A stretch of DNA of 62,608 bases, the filler included. It is 6 parts of 6 records of this genome, joined end to end, with 100 filler letters (N's around TTAATTAATTAA, not from the genome) between each part and the next. Parts side by side here need not be neighbours in the genome. Positions count along the whole stretch, not along the records: positions 35,852 to 45,328 come from SRR31147125_22715; positions 45,429 to 57,431 come from SRR31147125_22716; 4 more parts are not named here. The stretch is one strand, 5' to 3'. Below, one piece after another: positions 41,116 to 52,700 of the stretch. The translations under genes and the position numbers were made by a program. How positions within the stretch are numbered: position 1 is the first letter of the stretch; every line of letters starts with the position of its first letter. The notes beneath the pieces are model-generated. The model was not told where the DNA came from. It ran no database searches and worked only from the letters and a program-made list of their open reading frames with translations.

Positions 41116-42563
41116 CCACTCCACCTCTCTTAAGTTGATATGCCCAAATCCCTATATAAATTCCTGCAAACATAAGTAATTTTAATATCGAATTTTCAAA
41201 TACAAAACTCAATAAAAGTGAAAGAACAGCGCTAAGAGTTATTAAAAATAGAAACTTAAACACTTTTGCATAATCTAACTTCATATATTTTTTATTAAAA
41301 TATATTGATAATAAAGTAAAGTTTAAGGCAGATGCAATCGCAGTAGATATTGCTAATCCAATGTGTTGGTAATATTTGATTAAAATATAGTTTAAAACTA
41401 TATTAGTTAATATTGAACTAATTGAAAAAATAACAGGTAGTTTAGTATTCTTCATACTATAAAAAGCCCTACTCATAAGGTGAATAGCTGTATAGAAATA
41501 TAGGCCGATTGAGTAAAATAATAAGCACTCTGCCGTAATTTTAACTGCTTCTGCACTATATTTTCCATACCCTAATACAATTCCTATTACATCTTTAGAG
41601 TATATAATTAATACTAACATACTTGGAATTATAAAAAATCCCAGTATCTTAAGTCCACTTTCTATTTTATTTTTGAACTCTTTATTATCTCCATTCTCAA
41701 TTGATTGAGAAAGATAAGGGTATATAATAGTAGAAAGAGAGATTCCAAATACACCTAGTGGTAATTGATATATTCTTGTTGCATTTTCAAGCGCTGAAAC
41801 ACCACCACTTGGCAGGAAAGACGCAAAATATACATCTGCCATTGAGTTTATTTGTCTAGCAAATATTCCAGCTAACATTGGAATTATCATAATAAAGATT
41901 CTCTTTAGTGATTCATCTTTTAAGTCTATCTCTAACCTAAATGATTTAACTGATTTCCAAAATGAAGGTATTACAATTAAAAACTGCAATAAACCTCCTA
42001 TTACAACACCAAAAGCCAAGGCATGTACTCCATATGTTCTTCCAAATAATAATGCTCCTAATATAATGGATATATTAAAAAAAGTGAAGTACTTGCTGGA
42101 ATAGCAAATTTCTTAAAATTGTTTAACATTGCACATATCATGCCAGATAAACCAATGAACAATATATACACTGCCATAATTTTCAGCAATATTCCAGCTA
42201 AAGCTTGTGTTTTTGTATCATAACCTCTGGCAGCAAAGCTCATAATTTGACTTGAAAACAGAAAGCCAAAACCAAAAACTAATATTAAAAACAGAAATAA
42301 TAAGTTTAATATGGAAAAAATAAGTTTTTTTCCAGCTTCTCCCCCTCTTTTTTTACTTTTTCATTATAGATTGGGATAAATACAGTTCCTAATGCTCCCT
42401 CGCCTAAAAGTTGCCTAAAAAGATTTGCAATTTTGAACGCAGAAAAATAAGCGTCTGTTAAATAAGACGCTCCAAACAAATATCCAATTATTGTTACTCT
42501 GGCTAACCCCAATACTCTACTTAGCATTGTTATAGCCATCACGATAATACCACTTTTAAACAT
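41102..42563 (-). CDS. murJ: Lipid II flippase MurJ (several frameshifts)
   Basis: SRVLGLAR, DAYFSAFKIANLFRQLLGEGAL, RIYQLPLGVFG, RAFYSMKNTKLP; split into three ORFs. Confidence 0.92.
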
Positions 42564-43252
42564 TAGGCTACCTCATTTATATGTATAATATGTTCTGTAT
42601 CATCAATATTAATGTCTCCATTTCTATAAAGCTCCAAAACTCCCAAAAACAGATAAACCAAGTGTAGTTTGCTTTTTGCAGTTTCAAATATCTTTTTAAC
42701 ACAATACTTTTTATATTTACTAATAGTCTCCTTTAAATCCTTTATTTCATCTTCTAGGGAGTATTGCTCATCAATAACTATTTCTAACTCCTCAATAGTT
42801 TTTGAATCTAATACTTTATAATAAGTTTGAAAAATTTTCTCAAGAGTCAATTTACTCAAATCTATCTCTTTTGTTTCTTCATAATGTTTCTCAATTCCAC
42901 TTCTTTCATAAGCAATATTATGCTCTTTTTCAAGCACGCTAACTTTTTGGCTAAGCATTTTATATCTATGATATTTTACAAGCCTTTGCTCTAACTCTTC
43001 CTCTTTTTCTTCTCCCTCTTCTTTGTTAAGAACAGCCAGAGCTTTTATTTCTAGTAATTCAGTTGCCATTGTCAAAAACTCGACTTTTAAATTTACATCT
43101 GCTTGCTGTAGGCTATTTATTAAATTTAAATAACTTTCAATAAGTTCCATCATATTTATTTTACTTATCTCAAGCTTATCTTTTTCAACTAAATGAAGAA
43201 GGAGCTCTAAAGGCCCCTCAAAGTTTTCTATTTTAACTGTTAACTCCGTCAT
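42563..43252 (-). CDS. scpA: Segregation/condensation protein A
   Basis: FEGPLELLLHL, EFLTMATELLEIKA, FLGVLEL. Confidence 0.92.
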   Translation of the reverse strand: MTELTVKIENFEGPLELLLHLVEKDKLEISKINMMELIESYLNLINSLQQADVNLKVEFLTMATELLEIKALAVLNKEEGEEKEEELEQRLVKYHRYKMLSQKVSVLEKEHNIAYERSGIEKHYEETKEIDLSKLTLEKIFQTYYKVLDSKTIEELEIVIDEQYSLEDEIKDLKETISKYKKYCVKKIFETAKSKLHLVYLFLGVLELYRNGDINIDDTEHIIHINEVA

Positions 43253-44183
43253 CTTTGCTCCTTAAGTGATTTTTCCACACTATTACATCATTCTCTATTG
43301 TTGCTTTTAACTCTTCCATTGAGTCAAATTTTCTCTCTTCACGAGTAAATTTCTTTACTTTTACCAAAAGTTCTTTTCCATATATCTCTCTATCAAAATC
43401 AAGAATATGTACCTCCACACTGTACTCACCTGGTTTAAGTGTTGGATTATTTCCAATATTCATAACTCCATCGTGAGTTATAGATTCACCCTGGATTACT
43501 ACCTCTACACCGTATATTCCTAGTGGCGGATATATTTTATTATATATTTTTAAGTTCGCAGTTGGAAAGCCCATCTTTCTTCCATATTTTTTCCCATGGA
43601 CTACTTCTCCAATAATAATAAATGGATAACCTAAAAACTCCTCAGCCTTTTCCATTTTACCATCTTCAACAAGACCTCTAATAAGAGTACTACTCACTAT
43701 TTCATCTTTTATTTTAACTGGATTAACTACATGAACATCCATTCCTAATTTTTTACCCATACTAACTAGTAAATCTGGCTTTCCTAGTCTTCCTTTACCA
43801 AATGTATAGTTAAAACCTACAAATACATGTTTAGCTTTTAATTTCCCCTCAATTATCTCAATCACAAACTCTTCTGATGAGAGGTTCCTAAACTCTTTAG
43901 TAAAATGAACCGTTAAATGAACATCCACTCCTAAATTTTTTAGAAGGTGTGTTTTCTCTTTTTCATTATTTAAAAGTATAGTTTTATCCAATTTTCCAAA
44001 GACACTTCTTGGATGTTTGCTAAAAGTCATAACAACTGAAGTTCCGTTTATCTCTTTAGCTTTTTTAACAGCTCCTTTTATTAGAGCTTTGTGTCCTTTA
44101 TGTATTCCATCAAATGTTCCTAACGCCAAACAAACGTTAGGGTAATTCTTAGTTAAGTTTTCTAGTCCAATAATTACTTCCAT
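43233..44183 (-). CDS. ribF: Bifunctional riboflavin kinase/FAD synthetase
   Basis: LGTFDGIHKGH, VSSTLIR, GRKMGFPTAN, EVHILDF. Confidence 0.96.
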   Translation of the reverse strand: MEVIIGLENLTKNYPNVCLALGTFDGIHKGHKALIKGAVKKAKEINGTSVVMTFSKHPRSVFGKLDKTILLNNEKEKTHLLKNLGVDVHLTVHFTKEFRNLSSEEFVIEIIEGKLKAKHVFVGFNYTFGKGRLGKPDLLVSMGKKLGMDVHVVNPVKIKDEIVSSTLIRGLVEDGKMEKAEEFLGYPFIIIGEVVHGKKYGRKMGFPTANLKIYNKIYPPLGIYGVEVVIQGESITHDGVMNIGNNPTLKPGEYSVEVHILDFDREIYGKELLVKVKKFTREERKFDSMEELKATIENDVIVWKNHLRSKDDGVNS

Positions 44184-44229
44184 ACCCATTCTCCTCACTA
44201 AGGATTATTTTACAACTCTATTCTAAATT

Positions 44230-45164
44230 TTAGTCATCAAAATCTTCATCTTTTAATTCGGCATATAACTTTTCAAGTCTTCTAAATCTATTTCTTATCC
44301 CGGATTTTGATATTCCTGCAATTTCAGCTACTTCTGTTAAGCTGCTTTCAGAATTTTCAAGTCTAATTTTTGCAGCCTCCTGCAATACCTCAGTTAAATT
44401 CTCTAAACCATATTCTTCGTCAATGAACTCAATCATTTTAATCTGCTTTTGCGCAGTATTTAGTGTTTTAGTTTCATTGGCTACTTCCCAGTTCATTTCC
44501 CGAATAGTCCTATTCTTTAAGTCCTTCATCATTGTAACTTCTTCATATTCAAAAAACAATCTCATAGCACCAATTAATACTAGTATATCCATTATATCCT
44601 CTGAATTTCTTAAATATACTAAATTTTTATTTCTTTTATGAGTTATAAATACTCTTTTCTCTCTTTTTTAAGTACATCATAAAGATCTTTTGCTGCTGAT
44701 TCACAATCAATAAAAAAATCTAGTGCATATTCTTTTTGTGGCTCTTTAATATAACCAGTTGCGAGAAATATTCCTCTGATATAACCTGCTATATCTGCAT
44801 CTCTTAATTCCTCTTCACTAGTAATCTCTACTGCCTCAGCATTTATATGATTATAGGCATTCTCTTCTAATCTTTTTATATACTCCTTAAAACCTTTTTG
44901 AAGAGGTATAAGCACTGTATAAACTCTATGCTCTCCGAAGTTTTTACTTATTGAATATTTGGTTGATATCTGCAAATCAGTATCTTCTGATAAAGTTTGA
45001 TAAAACCTTTTTGCCAGTGCCATATTTTCTAATTTAAGCTCTATTTTATTATCATAAATTGCATTTTTTGATTTAAGAATTGCGTAAATTTCAAGTTCTT
45101 TATCAAAATCTTCAGAAGGATGATTTAGAAGTATCTCCTCCTTAACGCGATTAGTATACGACAT
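44230..45164 (-). CDS. whiA: DNA-binding protein WhiA; frameshift near 44655
   Basis: MSYTNRVKEE, YIRGIFLATGYIKEP, NWEVANETKT, ISKSGIRNRFRRL. Confidence 0.9.
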
Positions 45165-45180
45165 TGTAACCTCCGCTATA

Positions 45181-45328
45181 TTATTTTGCTTCACTCCAGT
45201 TTTTTCCAGTAGCAGCATTTACTTCTAGTTTGACATTTTTAAGTTCTATTGTATCTTCCATTACTTTTTTGATAAATTCAGAATATTCTTCCACTTTATC
45301 ATCTTTAACTTCAAATATAAGTTCATCA
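45181..45328 (-). CDS. polA: DNA polymerase I C-terminus (5'-truncated; absent from the ORF track)
   Basis: DELIFEV...VMEDTIEL..VKLEVNAATGKNWSEAK*. Confidence 0.88.
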
Positions 45329-45428
45329 NNNNNNNNNNNNNNNNNNNNNNNNNNNNNNNNNNNNNNNNNNNNTTAATTAATTAANNNNNNNNNNNNNNNN
45401 NNNNNNNNNNNNNNNNNNNNNNNNNNNN
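45329..45428. other. Artificial contig linker
   Basis: N44-TTAATTAATTAA-N44. Confidence 0.99.
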
Positions 45429-45429
45429 C

Positions 45430-45669
45430 GAAAACAACGACAAATTCGCCATTCAGCGCGAATTGCCGAAGGTTGAAGACAACGATCTGCTGATCATCCA
45501 CGATACCGGCGCCCACGGCCACGCGATGGGATTTACCTACAACGGCAAGCTGCGGCCCCAGGAACTACTGCTCAGAGCTGATGGGACAGTCGAGCTGATC
45601 CGCCGGGCCGAATCATACGCGGATTATTTCGCCACCCTCGATTTTGAAGCAAGTGTCTACCGACCGTAG
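45430..45669 (+). CDS. lysA: Diaminopimelate decarboxylase C-terminus (5'-truncated)
   Basis: ENNDKFA, IHDTGAHGHAMGFTYNG, LIRRAES. Confidence 0.88.
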   Translation, partial: ENNDKFAIQRELPKVEDNDLLIIHDTGAHGHAMGFTYNGKLRPQELLLRADGTVELIRRAESYADYFATLDFEASVYRP

Positions 45670-45691
45670 AAATCGGTAATGCAGGCGGGGG

Positions 45692-46177
45692 TTATTCTAC
45701 CTCCGCCTTCTCTTTGGCCAGCTCTTCCGGGCCCATGGTCCAGAACGGCTTTCCATCGCTCGTCAGGCGCACCTTGAATGCGTAGTCGTTGTCCTTGCGG
45801 ATCTTGGCGGCCATGAAAATGGAATCATCACCGATATCCGCCCACACGCCCTTGACCTTCACCCAGTCACCCCGGCGCAAACCGGTTTCCCGTCCGGTTG
45901 CATACGATTCCGGGCATACGTGAACCACCACCTTGTCGCCGCTCCCCTCGTCGAGAATAAAGGCGGTTCCCGGGGCCATCCCCTTTATCGGTTCAACCGT
46001 AATGAACTTCATGATATCCCCGGTAATCGCATCACGCTCCTTCGGATCGTACAGGTCATTGTATTCCGAGTCGATTTCCCAACCGGTCACATCTCCGGCA
46101 GCCAGGGATTGAATCGGCACCAGCAGCAGAGCGGTGATCAGGGTACACACGGACAGTGCGCTGAAATATCTTTTCAT
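45692..46177 (-). CDS. Secreted small OB-fold-like protein
   Basis: Signal peptide; YDPK, VVHVCP, GDWVKVKG, MAAKI, DGKPFW pattern. Confidence 0.65.
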   Translation of the reverse strand: MKRYFSALSVCTLITALLLVPIQSLAAGDVTGWEIDSEYNDLYDPKERDAITGDIMKFITVEPIKGMAPGTAFILDEGSGDKVVVHVCPESYATGRETGLRRGDWVKVKGVWADIGDDSIFMAAKIRKDNDYAFKVRLTSDGKPFWTMGPEELAKEKAEVE

Positions 46178-46226
46178 GTTTCTCTCCATTATATCGTCAT
46201 TAATCAGGTCATGCCGAAACTGGATA

Positions 46227-46922
46227 TCAGTCTGCCAGCATGGCAGCCACCGCTTGCTCGGCATGAATCGCAGTCGTGTCGTAAAGTGGGATATCGCAAT
46301 CCTCTTGATCCAGCAGCAGTGCTATTTCCGTACAGCCGAGGATAATCGCCTCTGCCCCCTGCTCCTGCAACGAACCCACAACGCGACGATAAGCATCCCG
46401 CGACTCCGGTTCAATCCTGCCGAGACAGAGCTCCTTGAAAATCACCTCATCGACCATACGGCGATCCGGCCCGGACGGAATCAGGACCTCCATGGAGAAG
46501 CGATCCTCGAGGATGGAGCTGTAGAAGTTCTCCTCCATCGTAAATCTGGTGCCGAGCAGTCCGACCTTCCCGATTCCGTCAGCGGCAACGCGGCGACCGG
46601 TCGCATCGGCTATGTGAATCAGCGGTATCGAGATGGAACCGGCCACCTGGTCCGCCACCTTGTGCAGCGTGTTGGTACAGATCAGCATTAGCTCAGCACC
46701 CGCATGCTCGAGCCTCGCGGCCGCGCCACCGAGCACTCGCGCGGCCTCGTCCCACTGCCCCGCGCTCATCAGTGACTCAATCTCCGCGAAATCGACACTG
46801 TACATCAGGATTTTCGCGGAATGGAGGCCGCCACGCCGCTGCCGGACGCTTTCATTGAGCAGCCGGTAATACGTGCTCGTCGATTCCCAGCTCATGCCGC
46901 CGAGCAACCCTGCTGTTTTCAT
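46227..46922 (-). CDS. Aspartate/glutamate racemase family (YgeA/RacX-like)
   Basis: GLLGGMSWEST, ICTNTLH, LLGTRFTM, ILGCTEI. Confidence 0.94.
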   Translation of the reverse strand: MKTAGLLGGMSWESTSTYYRLLNESVRQRRGGLHSAKILMYSVDFAEIESLMSAGQWDEAARVLGGAAARLEHAGAELMLICTNTLHKVADQVAGSISIPLIHIADATGRRVAADGIGKVGLLGTRFTMEENFYSSILEDRFSMEVLIPSGPDRRMVDEVIFKELCLGRIEPESRDAYRRVVGSLQEQGAEAIILGCTEIALLLDQEDCDIPLYDTTAIHAEQAVAAMLAD

Positions 46923-46925
46923 CGG

Positions 46926-48077
<1,152 letters not shown>

Positions 48078-48213
48078 TCAATAGCAGATGAGTGCATAAA
48101 TCTCAAGCGCTTTACCGGTTCCCGCTCTGCATTGCAGTGCAAGTTCCCGACCGATCCATTATAGTGTGCTCGAATAACAGTAGACAGTAACAACAAAAAC
48201 ACCAGGAATATCC

Positions 48214-49551
48214 ATGTCGGTTTTAGCTGAAAACAGCGTCTATACCTCACTCAACCAGCAGGGACCGCTTGCCGCCCCCGATTCCGTGTCGGTAGAACGG
48301 TTGTGTTGTCGGCGGACCAGGGACTGGGTCACAGAGCTCAGGCAGAGCGAGTTAACTGTCACTAAATACCGGGCGGTACGAAGGCAGATTTTTGAATTTC
48401 TCAATATCACCAGTTTTCAGGACATCCCGCGCCTCCTGAGTGACGGGCCGGCCCGGGTAGACTGCAGCAGGCGCGCCTGCAGGCTTCTCGGGAACATGTT
48501 CGGAATCAGCGGCACCGAAGAGGAGATCCGCTATCGCGTGAACGAGTATTCCCGCACGGCGGACAGCGTCATCCGCTCGCTGCAGTCCAAGCTGTTCGCG
48601 CCGTACGCATCGCACGTGGCAATGACCAACGAGGTCGAGATAACAACCGACCCCGTGGATCTGCTGTTGATGGTGTTCGACAACCGCTATCATAAAAAAG
48701 CCCGCTTCGAAGCCCACCGCAAACTGTCGCTGATGAGCCTCGCGGGCAGTATCGACCAGCGGGAACGGGAAACCGGATCAGAAGATAAATTCGCGCAATT
48801 TCTCACTTTCCTCAACGACTACGTGTGGAGCGGCGACCAGAAAATCGGCGAACACGACATCGTCTATCTGCTCTCCCGGCACACCGGAGCTGATTTCTCA
48901 TGCTCCGATGTGTCCGTTATCAGAAAAGAGGACGTTCCGGATATTACGATGAAGCAGGGGCTCAAACTCACCCTGCTGAAGCGGCGGCGCTTCAAGGTCG
49001 GCAGACGGGAGCTGCCGATTTACGTGTCGATCCGCAAAAAGCCGCCCGAGGCGAAAGTGCTGAAACTGCTCCGCAAGAATGAGAAGAACCCGGCAGTCGC
49101 GGTCGATGACGAACTCGGCCTGATGGCGGTGCTCGACAGCGCCGCCGACGTGAAGATCTTCCAGAATCACCTCACCCAGAGCGCGAGCAACGCGGACTCG
49201 TTCATGATCCTTGAGGACATTTCCGACACCCTCACCAGTACCCTGCACAAGGCAACCTCCACCGGGTCGAGCACACAGACACCGATGCTCAAGTTCTTCG
49301 CACGGTTAGGCGGCATGCGGGTAGAGTTTATAATCCACACCAACCGCTCATGGCTGAACTACATGTACCAGCGGGACGTGGCACATGACGAATACGAGGT
49401 AAAACGGATTTTCGACTCGGGCGTCGCCGAACTGCTCTTCCCCTCCTCCATCTACTACCTGGACCACCAGTCGGTGCGCAACAACATGATCCGGTTGTTC
49501 AGGAAACAGATAGAGGAAGCCTGGAAATGGATGGAAAACGGAGCCGGGTGA
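48214..49551 (+). CDS. Hypothetical protein with divergent RelA/SpoT-like nucleotidyltransferase domain
   Basis: RKKPPEAKVLKLLRK, DDELGL, VEFIIHT, AHDEYEVKR in the order of RelA/SpoT synthetase motifs. Confidence 0.6.
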   Translation: MSVLAENSVYTSLNQQGPLAAPDSVSVERLCCRRTRDWVTELRQSELTVTKYRAVRRQIFEFLNITSFQDIPRLLSDGPARVDCSRRACRLLGNMFGISGTEEEIRYRVNEYSRTADSVIRSLQSKLFAPYASHVAMTNEVEITTDPVDLLLMVFDNRYHKKARFEAHRKLSLMSLAGSIDQRERETGSEDKFAQFLTFLNDYVWSGDQKIGEHDIVYLLSRHTGADFSCSDVSVIRKEDVPDITMKQGLKLTLLKRRRFKVGRRELPIYVSIRKKPPEAKVLKLLRKNEKNPAVAVDDELGLMAVLDSAADVKIFQNHLTQSASNADSFMILEDISDTLTSTLHKATSTGSSTQTPMLKFFARLGGMRVEFIIHTNRSWLNYMYQRDVAHDEYEVKRIFDSGVAELLFPSSIYYLDHQSVRNNMIRLFRKQIEEAWKWMENGAG

Positions 49552-49573
49552 CAGATTGAATTTTCCACCAAGA

Positions 49574-49625
49574 CCAGGGGACTGAATTTTTTCGCGTCCT
49601 GTGCGAAAATCATTCTGTCCCCGGG
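49574..49625. terminator. Long hairpin between convergent genes
   Basis: GGGGAC..GAAT.TTTTCGC / GCGAAAA..ATTC.GTCCCC. Confidence 0.6.
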
Positions 49626-49778
49626 AATGCTGGATGCCGCTGAAAAATGACCGCACCTGAACCATCCAGGTCGCGGGGGGTGCTGTCGAACAGCCCCTTG
49701 TTGAAATTATCGTGGGAATGATGGTGACAATGGATGAGTCCCGGTATCAGCAGACAATACCGTTTGTAATCACTATTT

Positions 49779-51002
49779 TCATACGATCACTGCCAGCAGA
49801 ATTTCAGCAGCCCTCGCAATATCCCCTGCATCAGAGAACTCCTCCGGGCAGTGACTCAACCCTTTGCGGCTTGGAACGAACAGCATTGCAGTAGGCGCGA
49901 CATTCGCCATGATTTTTGCGTCATGGCCGGCCCAACTGAAGACGGGAGTGACACCCTCTGCCCCGGTAGTCACAGTATGAAGCGTAGCAAGTGCAGTTTC
50001 ATCGAAATGTTTGACAGGAGTGAAGGCCTCCGGATCGATGGAGATGTGGAGACCGTTTTTCTCGGCAACGCCCCTGGCTTTCCTTCTGATCATCTCAAGA
50101 GCTGATACGACAGTATCGTTGTCATCTCCGCGCAACTCGATGACCACAGCCGCTTTTCCTGGAATCACATTATGCTGGTTCGGGTGAATATCAATTTTTC
50201 CGCAGGTTGCCACAAGCTTATCGGCCAGCTCACTACCAAGTCTTCGGGTTTCCAGCACAAGCTCCGCCATCGCCACCGAGGCATCAAAACGGTCCGCCAT
50301 TCTGGTAGTACCAGCATGATTGCTTTGTCCCGAAAAGACGATGCGATTGCGCATAATACCGACCACCCCCTGCACAATTCCGACGTTGTGGCCGGATTGT
50401 TCAAGCGTCATTCCCTGTTCGACATGTACTTCGTAGAAAGCGGCATAGTGTCCAACGGCCCAGCCATGATCCTCGCCGTAGCCAGATTTTTCAAAGGGAA
50501 GCGAGCCTGCAAGTTCAGCAAGGGTCTTGCCCCCGGTAATTGAGACCAGTGCATTCAACTGCTCAAGGGACGTGTTTCCGGTCATGTATTCACTCCCCAG
50601 GCAGCCTTTACCAAAAACCCCGCCCTCCTCTTCTGCAAAGGCGATTATCTCGACAGGGCTTATAGGGGGCGTCCGTGACTCCTGTAAACACTCGATCAGT
50701 TCGAGCCCGACAACGATTCCCATTGCGCCATCGAAGGCACCCCCATCGGCAACAGTATCGATGTGTGAACCGATGCCAATCGGAGACAGTTCCGAGCCCA
50801 GCGGATCATAACGACCGATGAGATTGCCGAAACCGTCGATGCGGATGACCATACCCAGTTCGACCATCGCTTCTATCAGATAGCCAATGGCATCATTGAA
50901 CGCGGGGGTATAGGTTCTGCGTGTGCATTGCCCCTCAACACCGGTAAAAGCTGCAAGCTGCTGTATCCGTGTTCTGATCCTGTCTGGGCTAGGTGTTTTC
51001 AT
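49779..51002 (-). CDS. N-carbamoyl-amino acid/allantoate amidohydrolase (M20 family)
   Basis: GSHIDTV..GGAFDG, EEEG, EVHVEQG, GQSNHAGTT, AGHDA, GLSHCPEE. Confidence 0.92.
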   Translation of the reverse strand: MKTPSPDRIRTRIQQLAAFTGVEGQCTRRTYTPAFNDAIGYLIEAMVELGMVIRIDGFGNLIGRYDPLGSELSPIGIGSHIDTVADGGAFDGAMGIVVGLELIECLQESRTPPISPVEIIAFAEEEGGVFGKGCLGSEYMTGNTSLEQLNALVSITGGKTLAELAGSLPFEKSGYGEDHGWAVGHYAAFYEVHVEQGMTLEQSGHNVGIVQGVVGIMRNRIVFSGQSNHAGTTRMADRFDASVAMAELVLETRRLGSELADKLVATCGKIDIHPNQHNVIPGKAAVVIELRGDDNDTVVSALEMIRRKARGVAEKNGLHISIDPEAFTPVKHFDETALATLHTVTTGAEGVTPVFSWAGHDAKIMANVAPTAMLFVPSRKGLSHCPEEFSDAGDIARAAEILLAVIV

Positions 51003-51037
51003 AATGTATAAACCTGAAATATTGAATTAATATCCGA

Positions 51038-51200
51038 TTACACTGCACCGCCATTAACAGGCGCCACAAAGCTTCCGAAACCTGATTTTACCGCTAACCT
51101 GCCATCATCGTAGACCGTCTCCCCCCGTACCAGGGTTGCGGCAGATGGAACCGGCAATCTCCATACCATGATACGGACTCGACCCCGCCAAAGAATGCTA
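51038..51200 (-). pseudogene. C-terminal remnant of a cyclic amidohydrolase (hydantoinase/allantoinase/dihydroorotase-like)
   Basis: HSLAGSSPYHGMEIAG [frameshift] ATLVRGETVYDDG...GFGSFV..*. Confidence 0.75.
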
Positions 51201-51209
51201 CATTTCTTC

Positions 51210-51442
51210 CATGCAGTGGCAGAATCCTTCTTTCATATGCTGAAGACATAGCTCCTTTATCACAATAAGTTTCTGATCCGACAGGAAGTCGAGCAAGAGT
51301 TATTCAGCTCTATTGAAGTCTACCACAATCGCAGGCAAAGACATCCAACCAACGGCAGCAAATCCCCTGTCTCATATGGGGTAGAGTGGAGAAAATGCAA
51401 AATGTTGTTTAACCGACTATTCAACTAAATGGGAGAAGACCA
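51210..51442 (+). mobile_element. IS3-family remnant: transposase C-terminus plus right end
   Basis: AVAESFFHMLKT*LLYH...IEVYHNRRQRH...SP, followed by IR-like ...CAACTAAATGGGAGAAGACCA. Confidence 0.82.
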
Positions 51443-51543
51443 GCTCAGTCACAATAACAACGAGAACAGGAGCGAATCGAAAATCATTCTCGGCTGTCAG
51501 GTCCTGGCATCTGCGGCGCAAACCGCGCTCTCGTGGTTCGGGA

Positions 51544-52667
51544 TCAGGCCCTGACTGTATCGTTGAGCGTCAGGATCGAAACCAGGAAATCCACTCCCAG
51601 CTCAAGCTCTGCCAGCGGGATCGATTCAGCGGCAGAATGAGGGTCTTCTATACCAAGCCCGAGCGCGACACAGTCAAGCCCTTTACCATTGAACACGTTG
51701 GCATCGAGACCTCCCCCGAAGCCCACATGACGGGTTCGATATTGAGGGAATCGGCCGCTTTTTTAGCGCGCAGCACAGCGGGGTGATCTTCCGGGATATT
51801 GAAGGACCTGAACGCATAATTTTTCGAGAACTCGAGCTTAGCACCGAATTCCCCGGCCGCTTTTTGAAATGACTCAATCACTTTGTCGACTTCCTGCTCG
51901 AGCTTTTCATCCTCACCGCTTCGCACCTCGACATTTACCTCCGCCCGATCCGCCACGATGTTTCGCAGCTCACCACCCTTTATCATGCCGAAATTGGAAG
52001 TCGTTTCTTCGTCTATCCGGCCCGATTTCACTCCGGCGATTGCCGTCGCAGCGGTGACAATGGCATTGATCCCAGCTTCCGGTTCGATACCGGCATGCGC
52101 AGCTTTGCCATGTAAGGTGAAATCAAGGTCGATCTTTGCAGGAGCCTTATTGATGATCGTGCCGACCGGCCCATCTCCATCGAGAATGTACCCGTACGCT
52201 GCGTTGAGATCGGCCTTCAGGTGCGTAGCCCCGAACAGCCCCGGTTCCTCCTGGACCGTGAATACTACTTCGATGGCGCCATGCTCCCGTTTCTCTGCAA
52301 GAATTCGTTCAATAGCCGTTATGATAACCGCGATTCCGGCCTTGTCGTCTGCGCCCAGCACCGTTTCACCATTGCTGTAGATTACGCCGTCGCGCACTTC
52401 AGGAACCATATCTTCAGTCGGACCGACGGTATCCATGTGTGAACATAACATCACAATAGGCGCTGACGGGTCGGTACCGTTGAAACGGGCAATCAGGTTA
52501 CCCGTATCGCTGCCGGTCAGATGAGCAGAATCATCCCGGGTGACATCGCCCCCCATGTCCCTGAGCCGTGTTTCAAGCAGGTTGGCAAGGCTCCCCTCCC
52601 TGCCGATATAGCTGTCCATTGAGGCAAGAGTTACAAACAGTTCCTGTACCGGGCTCGCATTACTCAT
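51544..52667 (-). CDS. Peptidase T-like M20 metallopeptidase; frameshift in the C-run at 51713-51717
   Basis: SHMDTV, LGADDKAG, VQEE.GL.GA, AAHAGIEPEAG; restored SGGGLDAN...H..E. Confidence 0.9.
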
Positions 52668-52700
52668 CGATTTTCAATCCTGATAGTATTTTAAAGTGGC

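Noticed and set aside
45692-46177. Magnetosome island
   Set aside because: No other mam or mad genes; neighbours are lysA and a racemase
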